Part shown: piece after piece, positions 1 through 12,083 of the stretch
How positions within the stretch are numbered: position 1 is the first letter of the stretch
How the letters are laid out: each line of letters opens with the position of its first letter
Assembly (NCBI GenBank): GCA_002189035.1
Contig: NEEC01000020.1
Span: forward strand, 496,001 to 560,000
From: Utricularia gibba
Lineage: Eukaryota; Plantae; Magnoliophyta
DNA length: 64,000 nt
Reading direction: 5' to 3'
Position numbers and translations under genes: made by a program
The notes under the pieces: generated by a model
The model's input: only the letters and a program-made list of their open reading frames with translations
What the model was told of the DNA's origin: nothing
Databases searched by the model: none

Positions 1-738
1 ACTGGTTTCGTTGGTTTCATTTTTTTCATAGCTGAATAAATAAATATAATCGAATGTTCCAAGAAATCTAGAATATGCTTTGATATTTTATCTAAAAAGA
101 CAAAATTACCCTTTGACTATTTTTGACCCCATGTTGTCAACAATTATCAAATTAAATTATTCCATAGGAGATGAAATTAAATTATTATTACATATAAAAA
201 ATAAACTCTACTTTTAATACTGGTTCAAACATTATAATTTCATCTTATTTTAAATCATCCAATTGTTTTACAAAATATTCATATATTAAAAAACACATTT
301 ACTAAACATACATATGTGAAATATGATTATTTTCAATAATCTGTATATTTTTCGAAATGAGACCACAACCATGCACATGACGATTTGGTATCATATTCCT
401 GCACAAAACAACACAATGTCCAGATGCATCCCGTCTGCATCGCGACATTGTTAACATTCATGTAGTGTAGCCTACTTCAAGCATTGATGGATCGGTTGGA
501 AGCCCTCCCAAGGGTGCGGGCCGGACTCTGAGAGGCCGCCATTGCCGACGACTGCAAGGTGAGTGGACAGGAGCACTGTTAGTGAAGAAGAAAAGGGTCA
601 TCCTTCTAAGTAAAAGGCACACAGTGAGAGAACGCACAGAGCATTTGGGGAGGTCCTTTTGCCGAGAGCTTGGGCAGAGAATCGCTTCATTGCAGATCAC
701 GCATCTGCTGTGAGAAAGTTTCCATCTTTAGAAGGTCT

Positions 739-1956
739 TCAGCTAGGGAGTGACAGTATGGATGCCATTGCTTGAATATGAGAAGGTGAAAAGGAGGGCA
801 CTCTGGTGAGAGCCAAGCTATATATACACTTCGCCTCGTCGACTTTTCTGTTATTCCACAAGCATTCGAGCAGACGCAGGATGGTATCCGCATTCGGAAA
901 CTGACTCTTCTGTAGACTATCTTTACATAGGGAGAAAGCCAGGTCTGCAAATCCAGCTTTGGAGAGGTGATGGACCATGGTTTGGCAGAGTTTCTGATTT
1001 CGCTTGTGGCCATTTCTGTGAAACTCAGAATAAACTCTGAGAGCCATACGGGCATTCCCAACTTTGAAAAAGCCCTTGATCACCAGCATGTATGTGACTT
1101 CATCAGGAGGATTTGCATCACTCCGACGCATATGCAGCAACCATTTATTAGCTTCCCAAGCACGTCCTTTATCCACCAGGAACTGGATCCTAACATTGAA
1201 GGTCACAACATTAGGCTCACAACCTCTAATAGCCATCAGATTCCAAAGTCCATTGGCAATTTCTGGCAAATATGCCTTGTAAGAAGCTGAGAGGAGGGAT
1301 GTATATGTAATGACATCAGGAGCAATTCCTAGTTTTTCCATGCCAACCATGATTAAATATGCTTTTTTCAGTAGATTCAAGTCACAGAAAGCCTTGATCA
1401 CAGTATTAACAGACACAATATCGATCTCGATTCCGAATTCAACTGCTACATCCCCTAGAAACCACTCGATGGCATCCGAATCATGGGATTGAGCCAGCAC
1501 CTTCAAAACAGCATTGAAAGATTTGACGGACCTTTTACAACTATACAAATGCATATTAAGAAAGGTATCGACAGCATGCTTACTCATTCCTGCTCTCCCG
1601 TACAGCATTATTATTCGAACTAGGAAACCTTCACGCCTTCCCTGAGGTAAACTCTTCTGATGCTCAAGCAATTCCTCTATGTAATCAAAACGGCCAGCCC
1701 CAGATAACCTAGAAACCATATCCTCAAATGCAAAGCGGTTCTCTATAACTAGCCTGTTGTGGGCATTGGCCTTAAATAGAGCATACAACTTTTCGGGATT
1801 CCTTTCGTGCTTCAGCTTCACAAGCGCAGGCTCATCTATACTACAACGCCGTACTTCGCTTTCACTAGTTCCAAAATGAAGGGATGAAAAACTAGAGGGG
1901 AATTCAGCACAATCAGTACCAACCCTGAGTCTGCGAACAAGACGCAAGGAGAGCAT
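739..1956 (-). CDS. P-class pentatricopeptide repeat (PPR) protein, probably mitochondrial, intronless, 405 aa
   Basis: ORF with a basic, Arg-rich N-terminal presequence (MLSLRLVRRLR) and tandem ~35-aa PPR motifs (SVKSFNAVLKVL, DIVSVNTVIKAFC, PDVITYTSLLSASYK, PNVVTFNVRIQFLV, PDEVTYMLVIKGFFK). The segment EPALVKLKHERNPEKLYALFKANAHNRLVIENRFAFED closely matches my recollection of Arabidopsis At1g80150. Confidence 0.93.
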   Translation of the reverse strand: MLSLRLVRRLRVGTDCAEFPSSFSSLHFGTSESEVRRCSIDEPALVKLKHERNPEKLYALFKANAHNRLVIENRFAFEDMVSRLSGAGRFDYIEELLEHQKSLPQGRREGFLVRIIMLYGRAGMSKHAVDTFLNMHLYSCKRSVKSFNAVLKVLAQSHDSDAIEWFLGDVAVEFGIEIDIVSVNTVIKAFCDLNLLKKAYLIMVGMEKLGIAPDVITYTSLLSASYKAYLPEIANGLWNLMAIRGCEPNVVTFNVRIQFLVDKGRAWEANKWLLHMRRSDANPPDEVTYMLVIKGFFKVGNARMALRVYSEFHRNGHKRNQKLCQTMVHHLSKAGFADLAFSLCKDSLQKSQFPNADTILRLLECLWNNRKVDEAKCIYSLALTRVPSFSPSHIQAMASILSLPS

Positions 1957-2049
1957 GTTTTAGAAAAAGCCCATGTGTGATTCCTGCGCCGGAATACAAC
2001 TCCCAGCCCCGAATTGCTCACTTTTGGGTTTTCGCCGTCACAGGTCCGC

Positions 2050-2131
2050 CTGAAAAGTACAAGAAATAGGAAAAGAAATGCGAGGATTCCGAAAATTCCG
2101 ACGCTCATACAGAGAAAATTAAAAGATTTAC
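2050..2131 (-). other. Putative 82-nt intron in the 5' leader of the PPR gene
   Basis: The minus strand has a consensus donor (TTTGAAG|GTAAAT, intron starting at 2131), a U-rich interior, and a pyrimidine tract plus acceptor (TTCTTGTACTTTTCAG| ending at 2050). It lies upstream of the PPR ATG at 1956. Confidence 0.6.
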
Positions 2132-2238
2132 CTTCAAACGAATGACAAAGCAGCTGATCCCCATCGGCCGGAAGGGTGGGGTTGAAAGCGGAGCCGCCGT
2201 GCATACGCGTCATCTCGCCACTTTTACCTTGTGATTAT

Positions 2239-2254
2239 TGGGCTTTATTGGGCC
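2239..2254. promoter_or_regulatory. Two site II (TGGGCY, TCP-type) elements in the divergent promoter shared by the PPR gene and the small plastid-type protein gene
   Basis: TGGGCT at 2239-2244 and TGGGCC at 2249-2254, between head-to-head ATGs at 1956 (-) and 2393 (+). Confidence 0.5.
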
Positions 2255-2392
2255 ACACGCGGCACAGGTGTCTCCACGCGTACAACTTATCCATTTCACC
2301 TAAATTTTCCCTTTAAATATGAATTCTCAGCATAAAGTGAAAGTGCAAAAGTATCTTCACCACTTCCCCAAATTGTGAAAACAAGGGCTTCG

Positions 2393-2755
2393 ATGGCGAC
2401 GTCAATGATTCTCTCCTTCTCCGCATCTCGGCTTCCGGTTGTTTCCTCCGCCGCATCGTCGAATCAACGGAAAACGGAATCCGGCCGCGGAAACAGCAAT
2501 TGGTGGACTCCGATCTTCGGCTGGCCGTCGGAGCCGGATTACCTACCCGGCGGAGGCTCTAAGCACGAATCGACGGCTGAGGACTCGGCTCCGGCTTCAG
2601 ATCTGGCGCGGACGGAGAGGAGCCTGTTCACGGGATGCTTCACGGAGGAGAAGGCGAAGGCGCTGCGAAAGAAGACGATTGAGACCTCGCATTTCCACGA
2701 CAGGTGGAATCACTCGGCGATCGCAGCTAGGCTGGCGTCGGACGTCGATCGGTGA
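2393..2755 (+). CDS. Small plant-specific protein, probably plastid-targeted, 120 aa, intronless
   Basis: ATG at 2393 gives a Ser/Ala-rich transit-peptide-like start (MATSMILSFSASRLPVVSSAASS). This is followed by a WWTPIFGWPSEPDY motif and a C-terminal FTEEKAKALRKKT...FHD...HSAIAARLASD motif, which I recognise from an uncharacterised plant protein family. Confidence 0.75.
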   Translation: MATSMILSFSASRLPVVSSAASSNQRKTESGRGNSNWWTPIFGWPSEPDYLPGGGSKHESTAEDSAPASDLARTERSLFTGCFTEEKAKALRKKTIETSHFHDRWNHSAIAARLASDVDR

Positions 2756-3623
2756 ACGAATCCGGCTTGACGCCGCCGTGCAAATCCGCCGACAATTCTC
2801 CGCTTTGTTTCGACTTTTCCGTTCACATGAAGATTAAATGCTTTTCTTGGTATTATTTTTAGTATGAACCGATGCATTTTCTCACTTGAACGCCGTCCCT
2901 GGTCTCGTTATTTGATTCATACAAGTGTTTCCTTTTTCATTTCAGCTGGAGAAATAATATACTACCGACTACGAATGTTCCAAGAAAATCGCGAATATGC
3001 TTTGATTTTTCAAATCACGAAAAGACAAACCTGCCCTTTGACCATTTGAGCCCACGTTGTCATGTGATTCATATATAATTAAATTTCATATAATACTAAA
3101 ACTTGAGATATTTTATAAATTACTTATCAAATAATTTTTAAATTTTTTATTCACAAATTCATATTATATATAGATTGAAATCTTATAATATAAAAACAAT
3201 ACTATCCCACTAATATCATTTATATTTCTCTCCTTTTTATCAATGAATTCATTTTTATGTTTAACACTTTAAAAACATGTGATAATTAATTTTTCTTTAA
3301 ATAGAATTTCTGCAAAAACATATTAGTATGTGCTTAGTAGGATAGTTTAATTAATATTGTATTCGAATTATCTATGTTTAGATAAATATTTAGCATGTAA
3401 TTAAGATTAAAATTTTATTTGATACGTAATTTTTATATATAAATATATTTAAAATAATATTATGTTTAAATAACTAAATTATAATTTAGATTCTTTAACA
3501 AAATTCACTTAAAAAGTAAATTTCTTGATAAGAATAGCGCCGATGCATAGTTTCTACTTTCTACCCATCGACTGTAGCAAGCTGCTGCCACTCAGAAGCT
3601 AAGGTGTTGGTTTACATGGTAAC

Positions 3624-6600
3624 TCACTGCAAACACTTGACGGGAGGAGAAGTGTCTGAAGCACTTCCATAAGCATGCACGCAGGTAACAGTCTCGGGGA
3701 CGCCTGGGAACGCAGGCTGTATGTGCACGCCCCTCATCTGAATGCCGGTGCACGGCGTCGAACTGCTGCACCTGAAGGTGATCGGTCCGGATTGGCACAC
3801 TGACGTTCCCCTCACTCCGATGAACCTCACGTTACTGATCTTCACGTTTGATTCCTGAAAAAGGAGCATCTCCCACGTAAGAATGAATCAAGGGGTGTCC
3901 AACACTTCAAGTTTCAAGACAGAGGTTGGCAACATGTAAGTGTAAGTAACTGTTTTTGTAGTAAAGTAGCATCTAGGAGGAGAAATAGCTCAGTTAATCA
4001 ATTTGCAGTAGTGATTAACCTATTACCAGAATGAGTTAAAGGAGGCAAAGAGAATGAATACCATGGTATGAACTAGCTGATTACTAAAACACTGCAGAAC
4101 TAAGTAATGGGAGAGTGTAATGACGTAGAATGTGAGAGGGAAAGACCAATGATAATAAATATGCAGTGGTAATTCACCTAGGTGAACCAGTTATTTGAAG
4201 TCATCAACCAGAGTATAAACAGGGTAAATTGAACGAGGCCAAGATTATGAAAAAGTAATTGCTTACTCCTACACCACAAGTATGGTCGCAGTAGTTCTGG
4301 TCGATGATGATGGGAAAATTCACTTGATTGAACTGTATGTCGGAGAAGATGATATTGCTGGCGGACCCTGAGCCACCCTGTGCAGAGCGTTCAAACGAGC
4401 TTATGTTAAGCAGAAAAAGTGTATACCAGCATTGGGGAATTGGAATTTTATCAAACATGTTGTGTGCACTACTAGCAAAGAGAACTACTTACCTTTCGTG
4501 TTTTGATCCTGACCCCATTCGCGGTCTTGTAGAAGCGGCAGTGATTCACGAATACAGAATGCACTTGTCCACCTCCACCCAAGCTCCCCACACTTGTCCC
4601 ATCAAAAGGAGAACATTACAAACAATAAAAACTTAACTGAACTCGACCTCAACCCTATAGATGAATACCTAATCCCATGCCCAGGGCCGCAACTAACATC
4701 TGTGATGTTGATAAACGAAGTCCCCTCGTTGATGGCGACGCAGTCATCCCCTTCAGTTCCATAAACAACACCAATTCAAGTTCCCAAAGAAAGCAAGAAA
4801 TACAACAATTGCGAGCAAAATGCATACCCGTCTTAATGCTGGAGTGCTGAATTAAGACGTTGTAGGCATTGGCGACGTCGATGCCGTCGGTGTTGGGGCT
4901 CTCCGGTACCGCGTTGATGTTCACATTCGTGATGGTCACGTGATTGCAGGTGGTGATGGAGATGTGGTTCCTTTGGCTGTTCAGGAACTGTAATTCCCCA
5001 ACCCACAAATTGTTGCAATTCAAAAATTTCGTCCCCTGAAACCACAAAAAAACCCTAAACCACAAAAAAAACCTAAACTCTACACGTTAAAATTAATTTC
5101 AATTTCGATATTATTTATACCACCAACCTAATTTTCAAAAATAATATAAACAAACAGAAATTTACAAAATTTATGTCCCCCTTGTCAGTCGGATTGGGTT
5201 ATGGAAACTAATTATTTTTGCAACATGATTTCTGAAAATAAAAACAGAAATAATTACCTCGATCAAGTAATTGCATTGTAAAAACCCTAAACTCTAAACG
5301 TCAAAATTAATTTTCAATTTGAATAATATTTAAACCACCAACCTAATTTTCATCAAATAAATAATCAAACAGAAATTTATAAAATTTATGTCTCCCCCTG
5401 TCAGTCGCATTGGGTAATGGAAACTAATTATTTTTGCAACATGATTTCTGATAATAAAACAGAAATAATTACCCCAATCAAGTAATTGCATTGTAAAAAC
5501 GGTAAACCACAAAAAACCCTAAACGTTGAAAATTAAATTTTCAATTTAGATAATATTTAAACCACCTACCTAATTTTTATCAAATAAATAATCAAAATGA
5601 AATTTCAAAAATTTCTCTCTCCCCCTGTTAGTCGAATTGGCTTTCGAAAACTAATTATTTTTACATGTAATTGAATTGTAAAAAAATAATTAAAAAAACT
5701 CACGGTTGGTCGGAGACGTGCGTCATCCTGCAATAAAATCATATGCAGAATTATTTAATATTCACTAATAAATAAGCGTGAAATAACAAAGACACGCCTT
5801 ACGTAGTTCCACCACGAGCTTCCTTGTCCATCTATCACACCAACTCCACTTCCCTTCACAATCAATCCATCGACGCCCATGAACTGTATCCATTCCGTTT
5901 TGAAACTGCTCCAGTTCTCTCTTGGTTGCGCTATCAGTTTTCCAAGTATCTGAATAAAAATACGAGTCCGATTTTCGGAAAATGTTATCGAAATAATTTG
6001 AATCGAATACACGGAATTAGAATAACGTGAATCCGACTATGGTTTGTATGGTCGAAAAACAGTTAGGATGTGGCTGTGGGATGATCCTTCGAAAGTTTGT
6101 ATTGATATTACATTATCATTCAAATTCTTATTGTATGATATTATTCGTTTATAATATTTATTTAAAGTTACATTTACTCTCCCCTCTATTTTAGTTGCTA
6201 TCAAACATGATGATATATGTTCTTATTTTATAATATTATTCACTTTGATCATCTAAATCTTATATTTAAAGTATTTAATATTCACGTTTCTAGGTTATCC
6301 ATTTCTATTATATTATCCATTTATCTAAGTTGAATGTATGTTTGTAATTAATGTGGGATACTAAGATTCCTAGTACCCGGATAGAATTTGGTTCCCTACG
6401 TCCCCCGAATGCATGCGAGCGATATATAAAAGAGTTAGCGTGAGTGTGTCACCTGGAAGTAGAAGCTCTTAGCTTTGCAGGGACCCGAAAACGTGATCGG
6501 AGACAAGAGGAGCGTCTTCCCGTACGGCACCGTCAGCGTCACACTCCCAGCCACCCTGCGGCACGCAGCAGCCCATGCAGAAGCCAGCGCCTGCGCAAAC

Positions 6601-6844
6601 CCAATTCAGATTCTTAGACGCGAGCTCGGCGAGCCACAACCAATTCAACGGCACTTGCTTGGGTATCATCCGTTCGCCCGTCGCCGACGACTCCGAAATC
6701 GGACACCGTGAGCGAAGCCGCCTCCAGGCCTTCCTCGTCGTCCTCCCAGTACAGCCCGTCCCACGGCGCTCCCGCCGCCGCGGCATGCATCCACCACACG
6801 CCGCAGAGAGCGTAGACGCAGACCACGAAAAGCCCCTGGAACAT
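3624..6844 (-). CDS. Polygalacturonase (glycoside hydrolase family 28), 9 exons, ~408 aa
   Basis: Exons (minus strand): 6844-6659, 6590-6453, 5949-5803, 5727-5704, 5035-4828, 4750-4669, 4592-4493, 4377-4267, 3854-3624; phases are consistent throughout. It has a signal peptide ([18 protein letters not shown]) and all four PG motifs: SPNTDG, GDD, GPGHG and RIKT. Intron 1 requires a GC donor. Confidence 0.92.
5045..5695. repeat. ~3 diverged tandem copies of a ~215-230 bp AT-rich unit filling polygalacturonase intron 4
   Basis: Recurring blocks: AAACCCTAAA at 5050, 5282 and 5514; CCTAATTTT at 5127, 5342 and 5569; CCCC(C/T)TGT(C/T)AGTCG and GGAAACTAATTATTTTTGCAACATGATTTCTGA are also repeated. Confidence 0.9.
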
Positions 6845-8645
6845 CTCCGGGAGTGAAAAGAGAGCGTCGGTTATTTGCGTTGGGACAGAAACATCGTACC
6901 TTATTCATCCTCGACACCAGCTTCGTCCGACAGAGCTTCGACTTCGAGTTGTACGGAATATATAGGAGTCAGAGAGAGCAGAGTCAACCATGAAATCTGC
7001 ATGTGGGAAGAAAAGGGTTTCGTCTTCTGAAAAACAGGAATTTCAAGGTAAACTATAATTAAATTAAATGGCATTTTTGTTGTCAATTTACGAATTTTTT
7101 CATGGATATTAAATATAATTACCATTTATGTGCTTGTATTTGGAATGAGATCGTCACTAAGTTTTCCTGGTTTCCTTGTTGCTTTTTTTATTCCTGTTTA
7201 GGTAAAAATATTATAGTAATTTAATTATGCCACATTTTTCAATATTCAAGATTAAGGATAAAATATAAAGGCTACTACACAGTTTAATTATGAATTTGAT
7301 GATTATCGATATTTAAATTAAATAATTAAAATATATTTATTTAATACATTACTTATAATGAAACACAAATCTTATCCCATCTCATAACTAGTAAAAAGAT
7401 ATCTTGATTTACATTAATTATATTGAATAATCATAATATTACTTAATTATTAAACTTCCTGATATTGTTTCAAATAATTTTTTTATTACATACAAGTACT
7501 TTATGTTCTAAAAAGAACAGAAATTTAAAAATATTTTTATTTTTAATAAACTAGAAATATACCATTTTTATTTTATTAGACATTTTAAACACATGATACC
7601 ATTTTTATCATGTCAGTTGGGGTGCACATCATTCTCTTTTTATGAGCATAGTATTAAAAAATTATTTGTACAATATTAATGGGACAGTCATATATCTTTA
7701 CTGTTTTTAAAATTGATACGATTAATTTCTATTATTTAATGAAAATGAGATGATTAATCCTCAACATATTGTACCATATATATTTAGTCTTTAATTATTT
7801 TTTATTTTTATTATTTAAATATCAGTTAATTTATCCATAATATTCAAAAATCAAATCTATTTGATCTTTATTTTTTTCATAATTTGATAAAATTCGTTTC
7901 ATTTTTTCAATCCATGTTTGGGCTCTATCCACACTCACCGATAGCGCCACCCGTCGCTCGAGCACGGGCGGCGGCGGGTGGTGCGCTGTGGACGGTGATC
8001 GGCGGCGGCCAATAGTGATCGGTGTTAGCCGGACGTCAGTCGACAATAGTAAAATTGAATTAAATAAAAAAAATAAAATTGGAGATCAATTGTATAAATA
8101 ATGTAAATATTGAGAATTATTTAAACAATAGAGAATAATTATAAATAGAATTGATTAAAACATTGTTTACGATGATCAATTATGGTATTTAGACAAACAA
8201 TGAATTCTATTCGCACAATTTTTCTAATATAAATCCTAATTTGAAGCCTAGTTTGTAGATTAATAATTTTTAATTTCATCATATTTTAAATATTGTTATC
8301 AAATATGATATAACATATAATTTCAATTTTGTTAGTTAAACATCATGTGAAAAACTAATCATTTTACTATTAAATTTATTTAAACTCAATTAAATTAAAT
8401 CATTTTTTTATAATAAACCAAATATATGATATTTTACATATAAAATAATTAAAAAAATACATATTTATAAATAAGCGCCTTCCCTTCCCCACTTCGGTGG
8501 CTTTGGCTCCACGAGCCACTGGATTAGAACGACGGTACGGAATCCACATATTTTCACAGTACGCTGCAATCTCACGAAATTCCATGTGATTCTTCACTGA
8601 GGAAAACTCGATAACTGCTTCTTTGAAATTTCGAGAGCTCATACA

Positions 8646-11600
8646 ATGTCCGCCATCGCCGCCGCGCCGTCGTTAGTTTTGCCGCCGTCGTCCGTCTCTT
8701 CTGCTCAGAGGCAGCAGCGCGCTTCTTTTCCGCTTCTAGGCCCTTCGACGTCTTGTTTTATTGCCGGTAGTTCGCCATTTTTGCGGCTATCGTTACTCTC
8801 TGCCGCGCGATGGAGAGGAGGTGCATCTCGGAGGAGGTTTGGGAGGGCAGTTGTGGTTGCGGCAGCGGATTATTATTCGACTCTCGGAGTGCCGAAGTCT
8901 GCTAGTGTGGATGAAATTAAGACTGCGTATAGAAGACTGGCGAGGCAGGTGAGTGTGGAATAGATTTTGATTCTTTCTTACAATTGGATTCTTTGTGTGA
9001 TTGAGATGAAGGGGGTTTTCTGTACGCCTTTCCCAATGAATTGGAAGGTCTGTTATAGGATTCACAATATGTGCGTCGTCACTGAAAATAGAAGTTAACA
9101 TTGCTGTAGCAGTTATCCTGTTGTTGAGTAATGTGATAAATGATGTTTAGTTTTTGAATATGTAGTATCACCCCGATGTGAACAAGGAGCCTGGTGCGAC
9201 CGAAAAATTCAAGGAAATCCGAGCTGCCTATACGGTAAGAATTAAGGTTATCTGCATTTTTGTTTTCAGGATTTGTGATCAGTATGATCTCCTTGTTGCA
9301 TCGTAGATGTATGAATTGATATTGTTTAAAATTAATAAGATTTTAGGTGTCTGGGTAGCATTATTATATCTTTCAGAATTCTGAGTTACTGCATTGTCAG
9401 GTACTATCAGATGAGAAAAAGAGAGCCTTGTATGATCAATATGGGGAAGCTGGTGTGAATGGTAATATAGGCGGAGCTGGTGGTTATACGGTAATGTGAA
9501 ACTCTGCTGTACATGTTTTAGTTTTCATTGTGTGGAATGAATGCATAGTTCTCGAACTGGGGGCAAGATATCTATGGTAGAGTTCATTGTGAATAATTTT
9601 TTGGAATTTAACTGACTGCCCATTCATAGTTTTCTACCCCACAGTTCTGGCTTCAGATCAGATATATTTCTGCAAGCAATTTATGATTGCGTTTCTTTGT
9701 CCACCTTAATATGCTGTGGATCCAATGCCACTGTCTATAATCTGTTTCGGTGACTGACTAAATTTAGTGACCATATCAGATGGAACGATACTGCTAGCAA
9801 CCTGAATGCCTAAAGAATATACGTCTTTCCTGTTGCACATTGTCCATGACTTATGTGGTGATGCCTTTTTATTAATCTGCAGGCAAGGAATCCATTTGAT
9901 CTATTTGAGACCATTTTCGGTCCAGGGATTGGTGGATTTTCAGGAATGGATGCGTCTGCATTTGGTGGAACATCACGTCGAGTCACCAAAGGTCAAGATC
10001 TACGGTGAGTAAACACTTCCATTGTGAACTCTCTGTTGACATTTTTTGCCCTTTTCCTGCAATTTCTCAGTTGAGTTTGGGCATCTTATGCATGTTTTTA
10101 TTAATATCACCTAATTGGTCGAATTTTTGTACATAACTATAAATAATCATTCAATGTGTTCGGTGTATGTCTAGGTATGACTTGACATTGGAATTATCGG
10201 TTGCTATATTTGGGACTGAGAAAGAATTTGAGCTTTCTCATCTTGAGACATGTGATGCCTGTGCTGGAACGGGAGCAAAAGTGGGCTCAAAAATGAGAAT
10301 TTGCTCAACTTGTGGGGGCAGAGGTCAAGTGATGAGAACAGAACAGACACCTTTCGGCATGTTTTCCCAGGTACAGTACTGCATCAGCCAACATGAATGT
10401 AGCAGACATGGAAAACCGTTTGCTGGAAGGCTGCTCACTGCTTCTTTGGTATAAAATAGGTGTCTGTGTGCCCAAATTGTGGTGGGGATGGAGAAATGAT
10501 ATCTGAAAGCTGCCGTAAATGTTCCGGTGCGGGATCTGTTCGAGTTAGAAAATATATCAAGGTAAAAATCCCCCCTGGAGTGAGCAAAGGCAGTATTCTT
10601 CGAGTTTCTGGAGAAGGAGATGCAGGGCCTAAAGGGTATGCTGTGCTTTTCCTTACTAATGGAGGTGGCTGATTGTCAAACCTTTTTAATCCGAGAAACA
10701 TGCATTCCTAAGAGTTACTTCTATCGCTTCTGATCCTTGGTTGCACTTCGACAACTTTTGCTGATTTTTAAATATCATTCTGTTTCAGTGGCCCACCAGG
10801 TGATCTTTTTGTATACCTTGATATAGAGGAGATACCGGAGATACAAAGAGATGGCATAAATTTCTACTCTTCAGTCTCAATCGGCTATCTGGATGCCATT
10901 TTAGGTACCAACGCAAAGGTATTGCCTTCTTCAGCCTCCTATTCACATTCTTTTTATTATGTGTCTGTGTTTTCTGTTATCTGCAATCACCTGTACGTGT
11001 CTTAGGGCCACCAGAACCGAGGATGATATGATCTGCGATTTTGTTCATGCAGGGTCATTTTTTTGGCTATCGTTGCTGTGCCATCATTTTGTACCTTGTC
11101 ATCTGAGCCTTATGATTGTTCCTTTCTTTTCATTCATAATGAAAATTTTTTCCCAATATGTGGAAATCCCAGCAGATATTTTTGGATTATGTTTTTCTAG
11201 GCAGCACTATTTTTCTGGACTGTTTTGTTTATACTGGCGTCAACAAAATGGCTCAATGCCAATGATCTGATGTGGAATAGGTCAGGACTGTTGAAGGAAC
11301 GGCTGACCTATTGATTCCTCCCGGTACTCAACCTGGAGATGTGCTTGTCTTAGCCAGAAAAGGTGCAGCGAAGCTCAACAGGCCGTCGATACGTGGTGAC
11401 CATTTATTCACTATCCAAGTCACAATACCCAAGCGAATCAGGTAGCTCAATGCTCTACTTTTTAACATTGATGCATTTCTTCTGTCCACAGAACTGAGCC
11501 TTCGAGTGTTCACAGTTCTATCGGCACCCAAAATCAATAATTTTTCTGCGTACCTGACTAGAAATAGCATATGAAATACGTAACGAATTCCCATAAGTAA

Positions 11601-12083
11601 ATATGCTCAGCACACCCAAAATTGTGCAACATGGTTGTTTTGTATCCTTTATGTCAAGATGCTCACACCAATATCTGTTCTCAGTGCCAAGGAGCGTGAA
11701 CTACTTGAGGAGCTCTCCTTTCTAGCTGATGCCCCTGCTCAACGCACCAAACCTCGCCCAAAGCTGCAGCCCACTGGTGGGTGTTTCTAAATCTTATCAT
11801 GCTTATGACATCATCGCAGGCACTGATATTGCCTTCCCACATTTCGTTTCAGTTGTGGATGCAGCAACAGCAAAAGAAAAAGATGTCGCCAACAAAGAAA
11901 ACGAGCCGGAAGAACAAAACGACATATGGAAGGCACTGAAAGACCTTGCCGGGTACACTTTTTCCTCTCCACTACGCTCCACTTCCCGAGCCCCCCTGAT
12001 CACCATCCGTCACCCACACACACTCTTGTAATGGCAGGTCGGCTGTAAATGGAGCACTCAAATGGTTCAAAGATAACATGTAA
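8646..12083 (+). CDS. DJA7: Plastid type-A DnaJ/Hsp40 co-chaperone, 11 exons
   Basis: Exons: 8646-8948, 9166-9234, 9401-9490, 9883-10004, 10175-10370, 10460-10635, 10789-10918, 11281-11441, 11685-11776, 11853-11952, 12038-12083; all GT-AG with consistent phases. It has a transit peptide, a J-domain with HPD, a G/F region, four CxxCxGxG zinc motifs ([32 protein letters not shown]) and the C-terminus [12 protein letters not shown], matching my recollection of At1g80030. Confidence 0.93.

Noticed and set aside
7920-8050. GC-rich island in AT-rich DNA (and a similar one at ~29350-29440) as a MITE or a small gene (ORF 7831-8046)
   Set aside because: I could not establish clear TIRs or TSDs, and the ORF has no homology or splice support.
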